This document shows positions 27,393 to 38,315 of a stretch of 64,000 nt of DNA, piece after piece. Each line of letters opens with the position of its first letter. Position 1 is the stretch's first letter. The notes beneath the pieces are model-generated. The model was not told where the DNA came from. It worked only from the letters and a program-made list of their open reading frames with translations, and made no database searches. Source of the DNA: a virus; the IMG/VR virus record IMGVR_UViG_3300005736_000002, positions 7,678 through 71,677 of that record; one strand, written 5' to 3'. A program made the position numbers and the translations under genes.

Positions 27393-27724
27393 AAGAACTA
27401 GAAAGAAAACGTGGCGATACCTACGCAAACGAGTTGACGTTATCTCGGCGTAGTAATGGACAGCTCTTGGATATTACAGGGTATACTTTTAAGTTAACCC
27501 TGAACCGTGAAAAGAACCCCAAAGATACCACCAAACAGGTGTATCAAATTGCCGGGACCATACTGGACGCTACTAACGGTGTCGTGGAGTTCGCTCCAAC
27601 CGCTGAGCAGGCAGATCAGGATCCAGGGGTGTATTGGTATGATGTTGAGATGATTGATGCGTCAGGCCGTAAAAGAACGATACTGGAAGGTAAGTACACC
27701 TTCACCCAGGACATCACCAAATAA
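27389..27724 (+). CDS. BppU N-terminal-like Ig-fold structural protein
   Basis: RGDT, DITGYTF, GVYWYDVEM, TILEG. Confidence 0.72.
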   Translation: MKELERKRGDTYANELTLSRRSNGQLLDITGYTFKLTLNREKNPKDTTKQVYQIAGTILDATNGVVEFAPTAEQADQDPGVYWYDVEMIDASGRKRTILEGKYTFTQDITK

Positions 27725-27750
27725 AAAGAGGGCATTAGCCCTCTTCTTTA
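27722..27750. terminator. bidirectional terminator
   Basis: AAAAAGAGGGC-ATTA-GCCCTCTTCTTT between convergent genes. Confidence 0.75.
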
Positions 27751-27785
27751 TTCTTCCACTCCTGGAGCATGGATTTACGTTCTTT

Positions 27786-27965
27786 TCAATGAGCTGCGAC
27801 CCAGCCCTGTACAACATCCACATTTACCAATTTGTGATCCAGCATCTCATTGATGCTGTTACAGGTAGCGTCATAGACCCACTTACTGCCTACTTTACAT
27901 GCCAGTCGCTCGACACCATTTACTTTAATGATTTTGTAAATTTTTAAAGGAACTACGTTAGACAT
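27786..27965 (-). CDS. 59-aa hypothetical protein (not in ORF track)
   Basis: MSNVVPLKIYKIIKVNGVERLACKVGSKWVYD...; weak RBS. Confidence 0.45.
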   Translation of the reverse strand: MSNVVPLKIYKIIKVNGVERLACKVGSKWVYDATCNSINEMLDHKLVNVDVVQGWVAAH

Positions 27966-28090
27966 ACTACTTCTTCCATGAGTTTTAATTTATGAGTTAA
28001 TCAAATGCTTATAATTTATATATAATTCACCTGTGGTTAAAAAACAAACAAAAAAAGGGACAAAAGTCCCTTTTCTACTATAAGTTAGAG

Positions 28091-28309
28091 CTATATTTGT
28101 TGTTTTAATTCACTAAAACCACCAATACGCTCTCCGTCGATCCAGATTTGAGGCACCTGAGAAACACCTTCTTCTTTTAGTTTCAGCACCACTAAAGCAT
28201 TTTCTTCTTCACGTGCATCCAGATATTTAAATGATTTACCCTGGCTCGCCAGGTATTGAATCGCCATCTTGCAGTATGAACAATCTTTATGCCCAAGAAC
28301 TTCAATCAT
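28091..28309 (-). CDS. glutaredoxin
   Basis: CSYC, VPQIWIDGERIGGF. Confidence 0.92.
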   Translation of the reverse strand: MIEVLGHKDCSYCKMAIQYLASQGKSFKYLDAREEENALVVLKLKEEGVSQVPQIWIDGERIGGFSELKQQI

Positions 28310-29025
28310 TAATAAAACCCCACTTCAGTTAATCCAGTTACTATTTCACGACAGATATCGGAACGAACAATTTGTGATAAATCGTCGAAGTCGATATGAG
28401 CTGTCGCCTTTTTTAATCTTTGGTTTGTTTTGCGCATATCCAGGAATTGTCCCATTCCTGAATTATTTAAATCGCACTGACCAATATCTCCACAGATAAC
28501 CAGTGTGGTGTTTTTACCTATACGAGTAATAAGCGAGATAATTTCTTCGAGAGTACAGTCTTCTGCTTCATCCACAATGACGAAGGCATTATCCCAACTG
28601 TTACCTTTCACGTTCTCTAGGGGGCAGAAATCCAGTTTACCGATCTCTTCTTTCATCAGGTAACTCAACTGACCGAACGAAAACTCTTCTTTGAGTGGTT
28701 TGAGTATGGGCCTGAGCCAGTGTTTCATTTTCTCTTCATGAGTACCTTTCGCAAACCCCACGGATTTTGAGGCGGATACGGCAGGGCGTAGCAGGATGAT
28801 CTTCTTGACACCGTTATTATGTAACCACCGAGAGGCGATGCGGGTAGGTATGTATGTTTTACTGGTTCCGGGATAACCCGAAGCAAAAACTATTGGGGAG
28901 TTCTCGATTAAATCAATATAAAAACTTTGAGTTTTATTTAATGGTTCAAGTGGTTCTGCTCTTTTAAAGTTTTCTTCCACTTTATCTTCTCGGGTATTTC
29001 TGCCCGTCGTTTTCTGTTTACCCAT
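28309..29025 (-). CDS. phoH: PhoH-like ATPase
   Basis: GYPGTSKT, RPAV, VDEAED, ITRIG, GDIGQCD, IVRS. Confidence 0.92.
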   Translation of the reverse strand: MGKQKTTGRNTREDKVEENFKRAEPLEPLNKTQSFYIDLIENSPIVFASGYPGTSKTYIPTRIASRWLHNNGVKKIILLRPAVSASKSVGFAKGTHEEKMKHWLRPILKPLKEEFSFGQLSYLMKEEIGKLDFCPLENVKGNSWDNAFVIVDEAEDCTLEEIISLITRIGKNTTLVICGDIGQCDLNNSGMGQFLDMRKTNQRLKKATAHIDFDDLSQIVRSDICREIVTGLTEVGFY

Positions 29026-29270
29026 AAATATCCCGTTGCAGTAATTATCAGGCTTTCAGCCAATAATTGAGAGCGATGAGAATATCAATTTAATTAAACC
29101 AAACCCAGAGATAATGTTTTTATTAATAAAAAACTTTTTGAATAATAATTAAATGTTGAGTTTGTTTGTTTATTTTAGTTAAACTACGCCCAATTCAGCT
29201 CTGCTATTATATTTAAGAGCGTTTCTTCAAATTATATTATTTTCTCTCCATAGTTTTTACGGGAATTAAA

Positions 29271-31412
29271 ATGCAGGAAGAATCCCTCGAAAATAACACA
29301 GAGGTCACAGAGGATAGCCCAGTTAATCAATTAACTGAGTGGGAAAATCCTCCTTCTCTCAGAGATCTTAAACAAGATTATTCTGACGCTAAACAGGACA
29401 CCGATGCTCAGGTTCTGAAAGTTAATGGCTGGTTAGACAGTTTCAATGTTGAAGGCGCTGCCAAACCTAAACAGGTTGATGGCAACTCCAGCATTCAGCC
29501 TAAGCTGATCCGTAAACAGGCGGAGTGGCGTTATCCTGCGTTGAGTGAACCTTTCCTAAGTGATGAAGACATCTTCCGTGTTCGTCCTGCAGGCCATGCT
29601 GACCGTAACTCGGCCTATCAGAATCAACTGGTTCTGAATCATCAGTTCAATACTGAGATTGATAAAGTCGAGTTTATTGATGAATTTGTGCGTACAGCGG
29701 TTGAAGAGGGTACAGCTTTTGTTCGTGTAGGTTGGGCCTATGAAGAAAAGACTGAGGAAATTGAAATACCGGAGTTTGTTTACCGTCCGGCTAATACCCA
29801 GAAAGAGATCCAGGACATTCAGATCCTGGCGACCCTGGCTCAAAACAATCCTCAAGAATTCTCTCAGATAGCTCCTCACTTTCAACAAGCAGTAATGCTT
29901 TCTGCCCAGCAGCAGCGTCCTCTTTATCCGGAACAGAAAGGTACCCGTATTGAGGAAGAAGTGACGGTCATAAAGAACCGTCCAACTCTGGAAGTATGTG
30001 ACTACCGTAATCTGACGATTGACCCGAGCTGTAACGGTAACCTGGATGAAGCGAAGTTCGTGATTTACAGCTTTGAAACATCCAAATCCGAGCTTGACGC
30101 AACCGGGCTATACACCAACCTTGACCGCATCATGATTGATGAGAACAGTCCTCTGGGACAGGCTGATCATGAAGTTGAGGAGGGTTCTAATTTCAACTTC
30201 AAAGATGATCCCCGTAAACGCCTGATTGCTCATGAGTATTGGGGGTTCTGGGATATCGATGGTACGGGTGAAATCAAACCGTTCGTTGCTACCTGGGTAG
30301 GCAGTACCTTGATCCGTATGGAAGAAAACCCATACCCAGATCAGAAACTCCCGTTTGTTGGTATTAAATACTTACCGAAACGTAAATCAATTTATGGTGA
30401 ACCGGACGGTGCGCTTCTGGAAGATAACCAGAAGATTGTCGGTGCGGTCACTCGCGGCATGATCGACATCATGGCGAAATCTGCGAACGGACAGACCGGT
30501 GTGCGTAAAGATGCCCTGGATCTATCCAACCGTCGTAGATTCATGAAAGGCCAGGACTACGAATTCAATGCGAATGTAGATCCTCGTCAAGCTATCCACA
30601 TGCACACTTACCCTGAGATCCCAGTCTCTGCCTTCAACATGCTTCAACTGCAGAATGCAGACGCTGAGTCGATGTCAGGCACCAAAGCATTCAATGACGG
30701 TATCTCAGGCCAGTCTTTCGGTGAGGTAGCTGCCGGTGTACGTGGTGCACTGGACGCAACTTCAAAACGTGAGATGTCCATCCTGCGTCGTCTGGTTGCA
30801 GGCATGGTTAAGATCGGTACCAAGATCATCAGCATGAACTCCGAGTTCCTGTCCGATGAGACGATTGTCCGTGTGACTGATGAAGAACAGGTACTGATTA
30901 AACGCGATGCCTTGGCTGGTAAGTTTGATCTGAAACTGAGTATCAGCACTGCAGAAGAAGATAACGCTAAAGCTCAAGAGCTGGCCTTCATGCTGCAGAC
31001 AATGGGACCGAATGAAGACCCTGGTCTTCGTAAGCTCCTTCTTACCGAAATTGCTCGACTCCGCAAGATGCCAGAACTGGCGAAGCGTCTCGAGACTTAT
31101 GAACCTCAACCTGACCCATTACAGCAACGTATCCAGATGCTCGAGATTGCCAAGCTGGAGGCGGAGATTGCTCAGATTCAGGGTAAGGCCCGAGAACATC
31201 AGTCAGGTGCTGTCCTGGATCAAGCGAAAGCTAAGAACCTGAATGCAGACACTGATCTTAAAAACCTGGACTTTGTTGAACAAGAGTCCGGGGTACAACA
31301 AGCGCGTGAACTACAGAAACAGAGCGAACAGGCCAAGTCCAATACGCAACGTGACGTAGTGAGCCACCTTTTGAAAAACCAAGAAGGCACACAACAACCT
31401 TCTGCAACTTAA
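29271..31412 (+). CDS. portal protein (N4 gp59-like)
   Basis: PKLIRKQAEWRYPALSEPFL, EYWGFWDIDG, RMEENPYPD. Confidence 0.93.
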   Translation: MQEESLENNTEVTEDSPVNQLTEWENPPSLRDLKQDYSDAKQDTDAQVLKVNGWLDSFNVEGAAKPKQVDGNSSIQPKLIRKQAEWRYPALSEPFLSDEDIFRVRPAGHADRNSAYQNQLVLNHQFNTEIDKVEFIDEFVRTAVEEGTAFVRVGWAYEEKTEEIEIPEFVYRPANTQKEIQDIQILATLAQNNPQEFSQIAPHFQQAVMLSAQQQRPLYPEQKGTRIEEEVTVIKNRPTLEVCDYRNLTIDPSCNGNLDEAKFVIYSFETSKSELDATGLYTNLDRIMIDENSPLGQADHEVEEGSNFNFKDDPRKRLIAHEYWGFWDIDGTGEIKPFVATWVGSTLIRMEENPYPDQKLPFVGIKYLPKRKSIYGEPDGALLEDNQKIVGAVTRGMIDIMAKSANGQTGVRKDALDLSNRRRFMKGQDYEFNANVDPRQAIHMHTYPEIPVSAFNMLQLQNADAESMSGTKAFNDGISGQSFGEVAAGVRGALDATSKREMSILRRLVAGMVKIGTKIISMNSEFLSDETIVRVTDEEQVLIKRDALAGKFDLKLSISTAEEDNAKAQELAFMLQTMGPNEDPGLRKLLLTEIARLRKMPELAKRLETYEPQPDPLQQRIQMLEIAKLEAEIAQIQGKAREHQSGAVLDQAKAKNLNADTDLKNLDFVEQESGVQQARELQKQSEQAKSNTQRDVVSHLLKNQEGTQQPSAT

Positions 31413-31449
31413 CCACTCACCCCGTTAGGGGGAGGACACGGAGAAACAC

Positions 31450-31806
31450 ATGAACGACATGGTTCAAGAAATCGATCTGGAAACAATTGAAGTATCAATG
31501 GAACAGGCTCTGAAGGCTGTGAAATTGAAAAAGAATATGCAGCGCCTAAAGGCTAACCGTGATTTTAAAGCGGTGGTTATGGAAGGCTTCTTTGAACAGG
31601 AATCTGTTCGTCTGGTTCTGTTGAAAGCAGACCCGTCGTTACAGGGGCCAGAAGAACAGGCTGACATCATTAAACAGATCGATGCAATCGGTGCGTTCCG
31701 ACAGTACTGCAGTCGTGTTTTGCAGTTTGGCACCATGGCGGAAAAAGAGCTGGTTTCTCTGGAAGAAACTCGTGGGGAAATCCTTGCTGAAGAAGGTGAG
31801 GCTTAA
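31450..31806 (+). CDS. N4 gp58-like hypothetical protein
   Basis: Synteny between portal and scaffold. Confidence 0.75.
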   Translation: MNDMVQEIDLETIEVSMEQALKAVKLKKNMQRLKANRDFKAVVMEGFFEQESVRLVLLKADPSLQGPEEQADIIKQIDAIGAFRQYCSRVLQFGTMAEKELVSLEETRGEILAEEGEA

Positions 31807-31811
31807 TCCAC

Positions 31812-32978
31812 ATGAGTGATCAGGATCTGAATGAACAAGCATCTTCCAGTCCTCTGGAAATGTCTGACGCTGACATCATGAATATGGATCTATTCGGTGA
31901 CGGCCTTGTGCCTGAATCTGAAGAAGGTTCAGTTGCAGATGAAGACGTACAGGCAGAAGAGGAGATCGTTTCTGAGGCGGATGCCCAGGACGATCAGGAT
32001 GATGCTGAAGAAACAGATCCGGAAGGTGAAGTAGAAGCAGAAGACGACCTTGATGATGAAGAGGAATCCGTAGATGAAGAATCTACGGATGAGTCTGAAG
32101 ATGAAGGCGACGTGGATGAGCAGGAAGATCAGTCCGAAGAGACTGACGATGCTGATTACAAGTCCATGGTAGATCAGATTCTCGCTCCTTTTAAAGCGAA
32201 TGGTAAAGAGATCCAAGTGGACTCTATTGATGATGCCATCACGCTGATGAAGATGGGCGCGAACTACAACAAGAAAATGGCGGCTCTGAAGCCAAACCTG
32301 AAAATCATGCGAATGCTTGAGAACAACGGTTTGATGGATGAGAGCAAACTCAACTTCCTGATTGAACTGGATCAAAAGAAACCCGGTGCAGTGCAGAAGT
32401 TGTTGAAAGACAGTGGGACTGATCCACTGGATTTAGATTTAGATGGCGCGGATGACTACACCCCTGAGTCGTACCAGGTCGATGATCGTGAGATAGCACT
32501 GGATGAAGTCTTTAAGGATATTCAAGACACACCCACCTATAAAGAAACGGTCGAGCTGGTCAGCAAACAATGGGATGAGCAATCCCGCGACATCATCGTA
32601 AACAATCCCGAAATTATCCGTGTGATCAATGATCATAAACAGAATGGTATTTATGACCAAATCAGCGGGGTAATCGAGAAAGAAAGGATGCTGGGTAAGC
32701 TATCAGGCGTATCCGACATCGAGGCGTATAAACAGGTAGGCGATCGTCTTCACGCTGACGGTAAATTCGGCTCTACAGAACCGAACACCGATGAAGCCAA
32801 TGAAACTGTACCAGAACCTGCGAGAAAGCCCAAAGAAGCAAACCCTCAACTCAAAAAACGCAAGCAAGCGGCGAGTACCCCTCGCAAGAAGCCTGCGAAG
32901 AAAGCACCAACTGACTTTAACCCACTGGCTATGTCTGACGACGAAATCGAGAAAATCGCGGCAAGCCAGTACATGTAA
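31812..32978 (+). CDS. scaffold-like acidic protein (N4 gp57-like)
   Basis: Very acidic N-terminus, PFKANGKEI, MGANY, NPLAMSDDE. Confidence 0.82.
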   Translation: MSDQDLNEQASSSPLEMSDADIMNMDLFGDGLVPESEEGSVADEDVQAEEEIVSEADAQDDQDDAEETDPEGEVEAEDDLDDEEESVDEESTDESEDEGDVDEQEDQSEETDDADYKSMVDQILAPFKANGKEIQVDSIDDAITLMKMGANYNKKMAALKPNLKIMRMLENNGLMDESKLNFLIELDQKKPGAVQKLLKDSGTDPLDLDLDGADDYTPESYQVDDREIALDEVFKDIQDTPTYKETVELVSKQWDEQSRDIIVNNPEIIRVINDHKQNGIYDQISGVIEKERMLGKLSGVSDIEAYKQVGDRLHADGKFGSTEPNTDEANETVPEPARKPKEANPQLKKRKQAASTPRKKPAKKAPTDFNPLAMSDDEIEKIAASQYM

Positions 32979-32993
32979 TTGAGGTTTTAACTC

Positions 32994-34169
32994 ATGGCTG
33001 ATGAACGTATGTATAACGACCCGGCGGGTGGAACACCTTCCGAGGTCGGCCCACAGTTTCGCACGGACTTCTATCAGAAAAAGGCTCTGATTGAAGCTCA
33101 GAAGGAACAGTATTTCATGCCTTTGGCGGATGTTACTGCAATGCCTAAGCATTTCGGTAAGACCATCAAAAAATATCACTACATGCCGCTGCTTGATGAT
33201 CGAAACATCAACGACCAGGGTATTGATGCGGCGGGTACAACCATCGCTGATGGTAACTTGTATGGTTCTTCTAAAGACATCGGTACCATCCCAGGTAAGC
33301 TGCCTACGCTGTCTGAAGCAGGCGGTCGTGTAAACCGTGTCGGTTTCAAGCGTCTGGAGCTTGAAGGTACTATCAACAAGTTCGGTTTCTTTGACGAATA
33401 CACTCAGGAGTCTCTGGACTTCGATACTGATGCTGAACTGGAAATGCACATTAACCGTGAAATGGTTCGTGGTGCTTCCGAGATCACTGAAGACGCTCTG
33501 CAGATCGACCTGATCAACGGTGCGGGTGTAATTCGTTTTGCGGGTGATGCGACAGCGAATGCTGAAGTAGACGATGCAGATGAAGTTACTTATGGCGACA
33601 TCATGCGTCTAGGTATCGATCTGGATAACAACCGTACACCGAAGCACACTAAGATCATCACAGGTACTCGCCTGGTTGATACTAAAGTGGTTAACGCTTG
33701 CCGTGTTATGTACGTGGGCTCTGAACTGATTCCTCTGCTGAAAGGCATGAAGGATCTGCACAACAACCCTGCGTTCATTCCAGTACAGCACTACGCTGCT
33801 GGCGGTGACGTAATGAACGGTGAAATCGGTTCTATCGATAACTTCCGTATCGTTGTTGTACCTGAAATGTTGAAGTGGGCAGGTGCCGGTGCAGATGCTT
33901 CTGCAACAGCTACTCACCACGAGACAGGTAACGCCTACGACGTATTCCCAATGCTGGTTGTGGGTAACGCTTCCTTCACAACTATCGGTTTCCAGACTGA
34001 TGGTAAGACTGTGAAGTTCAAGATCACTCACAAGAAACCAGGTCGTGAAACTGCGGATCGTAATGATCCATACGGCGAAACTGGCTTCATGTCTATTAAG
34101 TGGTACTACGGCACAATGATCCTGCGCGGCGAGCGTATCGGTCTGATCAAAACTGCTGCACCTCTCTAA
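32994..34169 (+). CDS. major capsid protein (N4 gp56-like)
   Basis: [41 protein letters not shown]. Confidence 0.95.
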   Translation: MADERMYNDPAGGTPSEVGPQFRTDFYQKKALIEAQKEQYFMPLADVTAMPKHFGKTIKKYHYMPLLDDRNINDQGIDAAGTTIADGNLYGSSKDIGTIPGKLPTLSEAGGRVNRVGFKRLELEGTINKFGFFDEYTQESLDFDTDAELEMHINREMVRGASEITEDALQIDLINGAGVIRFAGDATANAEVDDADEVTYGDIMRLGIDLDNNRTPKHTKIITGTRLVDTKVVNACRVMYVGSELIPLLKGMKDLHNNPAFIPVQHYAAGGDVMNGEIGSIDNFRIVVVPEMLKWAGAGADASATATHHETGNAYDVFPMLVVGNASFTTIGFQTDGKTVKFKITHKKPGRETADRNDPYGETGFMSIKWYYGTMILRGERIGLIKTAAPL

Positions 34170-34182
34170 TAGGTAGCTAAAC

Positions 34183-34212
34183 GCCTCTCCCTCCGGGGAG
34201 GGGCTTCTTTCC
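34183..34212 (+). terminator. intrinsic terminator after MCP
   Basis: GCCTCTCCC-TCCG-GGGAGGGGC followed by TTCTTT. Confidence 0.8.
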
Positions 34213-34250
34213 CAAAGCAGGTTTCACCCTGAGTAAAAAGAGACTGAACC

Positions 34251-34823
34251 ATGACAGACACAACTACTCCTGAACTACAGCAAGATGAAAAAGCATCTTT
34301 GCAGGCTCGTCTGAAACAGATGAACGTAAAATTCCACCCGAATGCGGGTGTTGATAAATTAAAAGAGTTACTTGCCAGCACACTGGCAGGTGATACACCA
34401 GACGCTTCGACACCCGATGAAGGCAAAGATGAAGGTGCGGAAGTAGAGCTGACAACCGCTCAGAAGCGTTTGAAGCTGAAAAAAGAGGCACTGGCCTTAG
34501 TGCGTGTCCGTATCACCTGCATGAACCCAGCTAAGAAAGACTGGGAAGGTGAATTTTTCACGATCGGTAATTCCTTTATCGGTATTAAACGTTATGTACC
34601 TTTCAATGCAGAAGACGGTTGGCATGTTGAGCGCATCCTGTTGAATGCTTTGAAAGAACGTAAATATCAGGCTTTCATTAAAAAGAAAAACAAAGGCGGC
34701 ACATCAACTGTCGTAACTAAGTTGGTGCCTGAGTTTGCGATCGAAATACTTGAGCCCTTGACTGAAGATGAGCTGAAAGAACTGGCTCAACAGCAGGCAA
34801 TGGCCGGCTCAATCGACGCATAA
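34251..34823 (+). CDS. N4 gp55-like protein
   Basis: LVRVRITCMNPAKKDWEGE, EFAIEILEPLT. Confidence 0.82.
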   Translation: MTDTTTPELQQDEKASLQARLKQMNVKFHPNAGVDKLKELLASTLAGDTPDASTPDEGKDEGAEVELTTAQKRLKLKKEALALVRVRITCMNPAKKDWEGEFFTIGNSFIGIKRYVPFNAEDGWHVERILLNALKERKYQAFIKKKNKGGTSTVVTKLVPEFAIEILEPLTEDELKELAQQQAMAGSIDA

Positions 34824-34831
34824 GGTGAACC

Positions 34832-35638
34832 ATGGCTCAGGTAATTACTAACGCAGAACTGACCCAGGCGATTACAGACGGTACAGGTACATTCGATGTA
34901 CTTATGCAGGCTGCTAAAGGTCACCTGGAACAAGAGTACAACACTGGACGTATTCAAGGCGCTCAGTACGCGCAAGTGTACCTGGGCTCCCTTACTGCAG
35001 TAATGCAGAACGCTACTCAGTTTCTACTCGGTCAGTTGAATGCGGATAAGAACGCTCTGTTGATTGATGCTCAGATTGCTAAGACTGATGCAGAGAAACT
35101 ACTGGTAGATAAGCAGGTAGAAAAAGTCACTGCGGACATCGCCCTCATTGTTCAGCAGGAAGCTAATCTACTGGCTGAGGCTGCTAACATCCCTAAGCAA
35201 GGTGCGCTTCTGGATTCTCAGAAACTCAAAGTGGACGCAGACAAGCTGCTTGTTGATGCCCAGGAGCTGAAGATCGATCAGGAGACTGCGAACCTAACTG
35301 CCCAGTCACTGAACATCCCTAAACAGGGTGCGAAGATTGATGCTGAAAAAGCCTTACTGGATCAGAAGAAGTTTACTGAAGAAGCCCAGATTAAAGACAC
35401 TGTGGACGGTGCGTCGGTTGTGGGTGTTGTCGGTAAGCAGAAGGATCTGTATCAGGCTCAAACGGATGGTTTCGCTCGAGATGCGGAGCACAAGCTGGCT
35501 AAGCTCATGACGGATGTGTGGAACGTACAACGAACCACAGATGAAGGGATCAGTCCTGCTGGTGCAGGTATCTCAGACTCTGAAATCAAGAAGGTGGTCG
35601 ATGCAGCGAAAACAGGCATCGGGGTTACACCGGGCTAA
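34832..35638 (+). CDS. N4 gp54-like virion protein
   Basis: GTGTFDVLM, GRIQGAQYAQVY, GKQKDLYQAQ; internal NIPKQGA repeat. Confidence 0.8.
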   Translation: MAQVITNAELTQAITDGTGTFDVLMQAAKGHLEQEYNTGRIQGAQYAQVYLGSLTAVMQNATQFLLGQLNADKNALLIDAQIAKTDAEKLLVDKQVEKVTADIALIVQQEANLLAEAANIPKQGALLDSQKLKVDADKLLVDAQELKIDQETANLTAQSLNIPKQGAKIDAEKALLDQKKFTEEAQIKDTVDGASVVGVVGKQKDLYQAQTDGFARDAEHKLAKLMTDVWNVQRTTDEGISPAGAGISDSEIKKVVDAAKTGIGVTPG

Positions 35639-35682
35639 CAGGAACTGAATTGAGGAGGGGGCTACGGCCCCCTTTTGTGTAT

Positions 35683-38301
35683 ATGGGATTATTCAGCAGT
35701 AAAACGAAACACTATGTTGCTTCCGAGTCTGTACCTCTGATCGGGGGTGTAGAGGATCCAATCAAAGAAACCTTGATGAGTACGATCCTGGGTGATCGCT
35801 CATTCACAGATGCCTTGGTCGATGATTCATTGAATGGTTCCGGTATCCGTATTAACCGGGCTTACCGGTACGGTAGGGATCATTTCACCTACGGTTTGCC
35901 CCAGGGGTACACCGAGTATTTTGAAACCGATGATGATGCGCTGGTCGATACGCTAATGGCTATTGAGGGTAAGGTGGTTACCTTGATGCGCGTTAACGTA
36001 GACCACGGTGAAGCAGAGAACTTCGTGGTGGATTGGTTGAAGCCCAATAGAGGGTTAAACACTACGACTTATGAAATCTCCAATATTCACGGGGCCATCA
36101 CCACACAGAAGAATAACCAATACACGGCTTCAGTAAACCAGGCTAACTCAGAGATGACCGCAGATGCGGCCTCTATCAAAGCCGGTATTGATGATGTTGA
36201 GGTGACGGACGATAAGTCGTTTATTGTGGATTTTCGTGATCCGGACTACTACCACGTAGAAACCAATAACCGAACTACTGTGACAACAGTGGCTACCGTT
36301 ACACCGGATACTGTGACTGTCACAGATGATCTAACAGTGTTGTACGATCCGAGCCTGGATGTATTGGTGGATCGGGATACAGGTGAATATGATATAGGCT
36401 ATGCCTACACGATTGACCAGACCATCACTAAAGATTTTGACATCAGTACGACTGAAACCACTCAGGTTGATGTGGTCGTCACTGAAACGCTCTGCGACCA
36501 GTTTGGCGTGTTCCTTGAGCCATTGGATCAAACGGTAGACACCACCCCAGGTACGCCTTCTGACGTGGTTACACCGTCTACTCAGCAGATCGTGACAACC
36601 CCGGCGTTTGTCGGTACACACACGGAGACGACCTTTCTGACGTACAGTCCTGAAAAATTGTATTACCACGTACTGTACAACGTGCCGGACGGGTCAGGAG
36701 GGAAGGAATATAAAGAGTGGACTTACGATCCCAGCACTAACGTATACCCAGCACTGAATATCGGAGTTGGCGTAGGCTCTGCCAGTCCGTTTTACCCGAT
36801 CGTACCGTTCCGGCGTAATAACGCGGATCTGTCTGATCCATCCAGATCAGGTACGGGTTTGTACCAGACCAGCGAAAAGCTGCTCAAAAAATTAAATATT
36901 AACTTTGCTGAACTGGGTGCGGGTATTAATGAGAACCCGGATATTGATGAGGTGGACCATGCGTACTTGTTTTTCGGTACCTCTATACACACGGAGAACC
37001 AGGCAGCGATACGGTACCTGGCAATGTTCTTTGAGAACATGGCTACAAGTTGCCCCTACTCAGAAGCGGACTACGATGCCGGATTACTTTCCCACACTTA
37101 CCAGGTGAATGACCCTGTAGAAGGTGGAACATCTTTTGTACACGTACCTGCATCAGGCCCGCCTTCCTGGAACTTCCGTATCGAAGACGCCGGGTTGAAG
37201 TATGAAATCGTATGTCACTACATTGATGTGACTCACCATTCTGGTTCTATCGGTAATAAGGGCCATGCAACTCGGGCATTTACGATCTTACCTAGAGGTT
37301 TAGTAGAGACGTTCGCGGGTGATGGGGAAATAGTCTCTATCTACACGTCGTATGAACAGAGTTACGTTACTTTTGAGTATCAGGACTCACCGACCACTTA
37401 CACCCGCATCAAAGTGCATGGGCTGGTGCACCATAACTACGTTTACTCCGGGTATAAAGTGACAACAAATCTGGAGGACAGTACCAATGGGAGTATGCTG
37501 ATTCCTCTCCAGTACAACGTTGTTTCGGAGATGCCGTTGATACAACGTAACTTCCTGTTCCAGGATGCGTTCCAGATGGTGTTCAACAGTCACGTTGCGG
37601 TGAAGGTGAAGTGGTACCAGACCGGTTTATTCAGGTTCGGTACCATTGTTGTGGGCTTTATCTGGATGGCGTACACGGGAGACTTTTCTGCACTTAAAGT
37701 GGCGATAGCAGCAGGTGCTTCTGCTGTGGCAATTTACCTGATTCAGCAGATTGTAATCTCAATCATCTGGCAGCAGGTCTTTAAAGTCCTGGCAAAAGCT
37801 ATAGGTGCAGAGTGGGCTGCAGCGTTAGCAGCGGTGGTTGCCTTCGCAGCAAAAACAGGCGTAATGGATACGAAGTCACTCCCTAACGTACCTTTTGCTG
37901 AAGATCTATTAAATGCGTTACCCGCGAATATAAAAGATTTCACTTCAGGATTTTTTGATAACTTCGGGGCAGAATTTTTAAAAGGGGCCAGCAGCGCGTT
38001 TGGTGGGATTGATTTATTTATAGAGTCCGAGTTTGATCAATTAAAATTAGACTTAGAACAGTTTGAATTATTAAAAGATGAGCAAGAAGCTACATTAGAA
38101 ACAGCTAACGAGTTATTAGAGACTTCAGGTATTATTGATCCATTCGAATTTATCGAAAGTACTGGACTAGACCCTTTTGAAAATCCTGAAGAGTTTTATA
38201 ATAGGACAGTACATTCAGGCAATGTCGGTGCACTGGTTTATGATGCCATCACTCATTATGTGGATATGATGCTTGAATTACCGAAAAACCAATATGTTTG
38301 A
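35683..38301 (+). CDS. N4 gp53-like virion/tail protein
   Basis: Start MGLFSSK; VKVKWYQTG followed by hydrophobic segments; synteny. Confidence 0.8.
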   Translation: MGLFSSKTKHYVASESVPLIGGVEDPIKETLMSTILGDRSFTDALVDDSLNGSGIRINRAYRYGRDHFTYGLPQGYTEYFETDDDALVDTLMAIEGKVVTLMRVNVDHGEAENFVVDWLKPNRGLNTTTYEISNIHGAITTQKNNQYTASVNQANSEMTADAASIKAGIDDVEVTDDKSFIVDFRDPDYYHVETNNRTTVTTVATVTPDTVTVTDDLTVLYDPSLDVLVDRDTGEYDIGYAYTIDQTITKDFDISTTETTQVDVVVTETLCDQFGVFLEPLDQTVDTTPGTPSDVVTPSTQQIVTTPAFVGTHTETTFLTYSPEKLYYHVLYNVPDGSGGKEYKEWTYDPSTNVYPALNIGVGVGSASPFYPIVPFRRNNADLSDPSRSGTGLYQTSEKLLKKLNINFAELGAGINENPDIDEVDHAYLFFGTSIHTENQAAIRYLAMFFENMATSCPYSEADYDAGLLSHTYQVNDPVEGGTSFVHVPASGPPSWNFRIEDAGLKYEIVCHYIDVTHHSGSIGNKGHATRAFTILPRGLVETFAGDGEIVSIYTSYEQSYVTFEYQDSPTTYTRIKVHGLVHHNYVYSGYKVTTNLEDSTNGSMLIPLQYNVVSEMPLIQRNFLFQDAFQMVFNSHVAVKVKWYQTGLFRFGTIVVGFIWMAYTGDFSALKVAIAAGASAVAIYLIQQIVISIIWQQVFKVLAKAIGAEWAAALAAVVAFAAKTGVMDTKSLPNVPFAEDLLNALPANIKDFTSGFFDNFGAEFLKGASSAFGGIDLFIESEFDQLKLDLEQFELLKDEQEATLETANELLETSGIIDPFEFIESTGLDPFENPEEFYNRTVHSGNVGALVYDAITHYVDMMLELPKNQYV

Positions 38302-38315
38302 TGGCGGAGTTTTAA

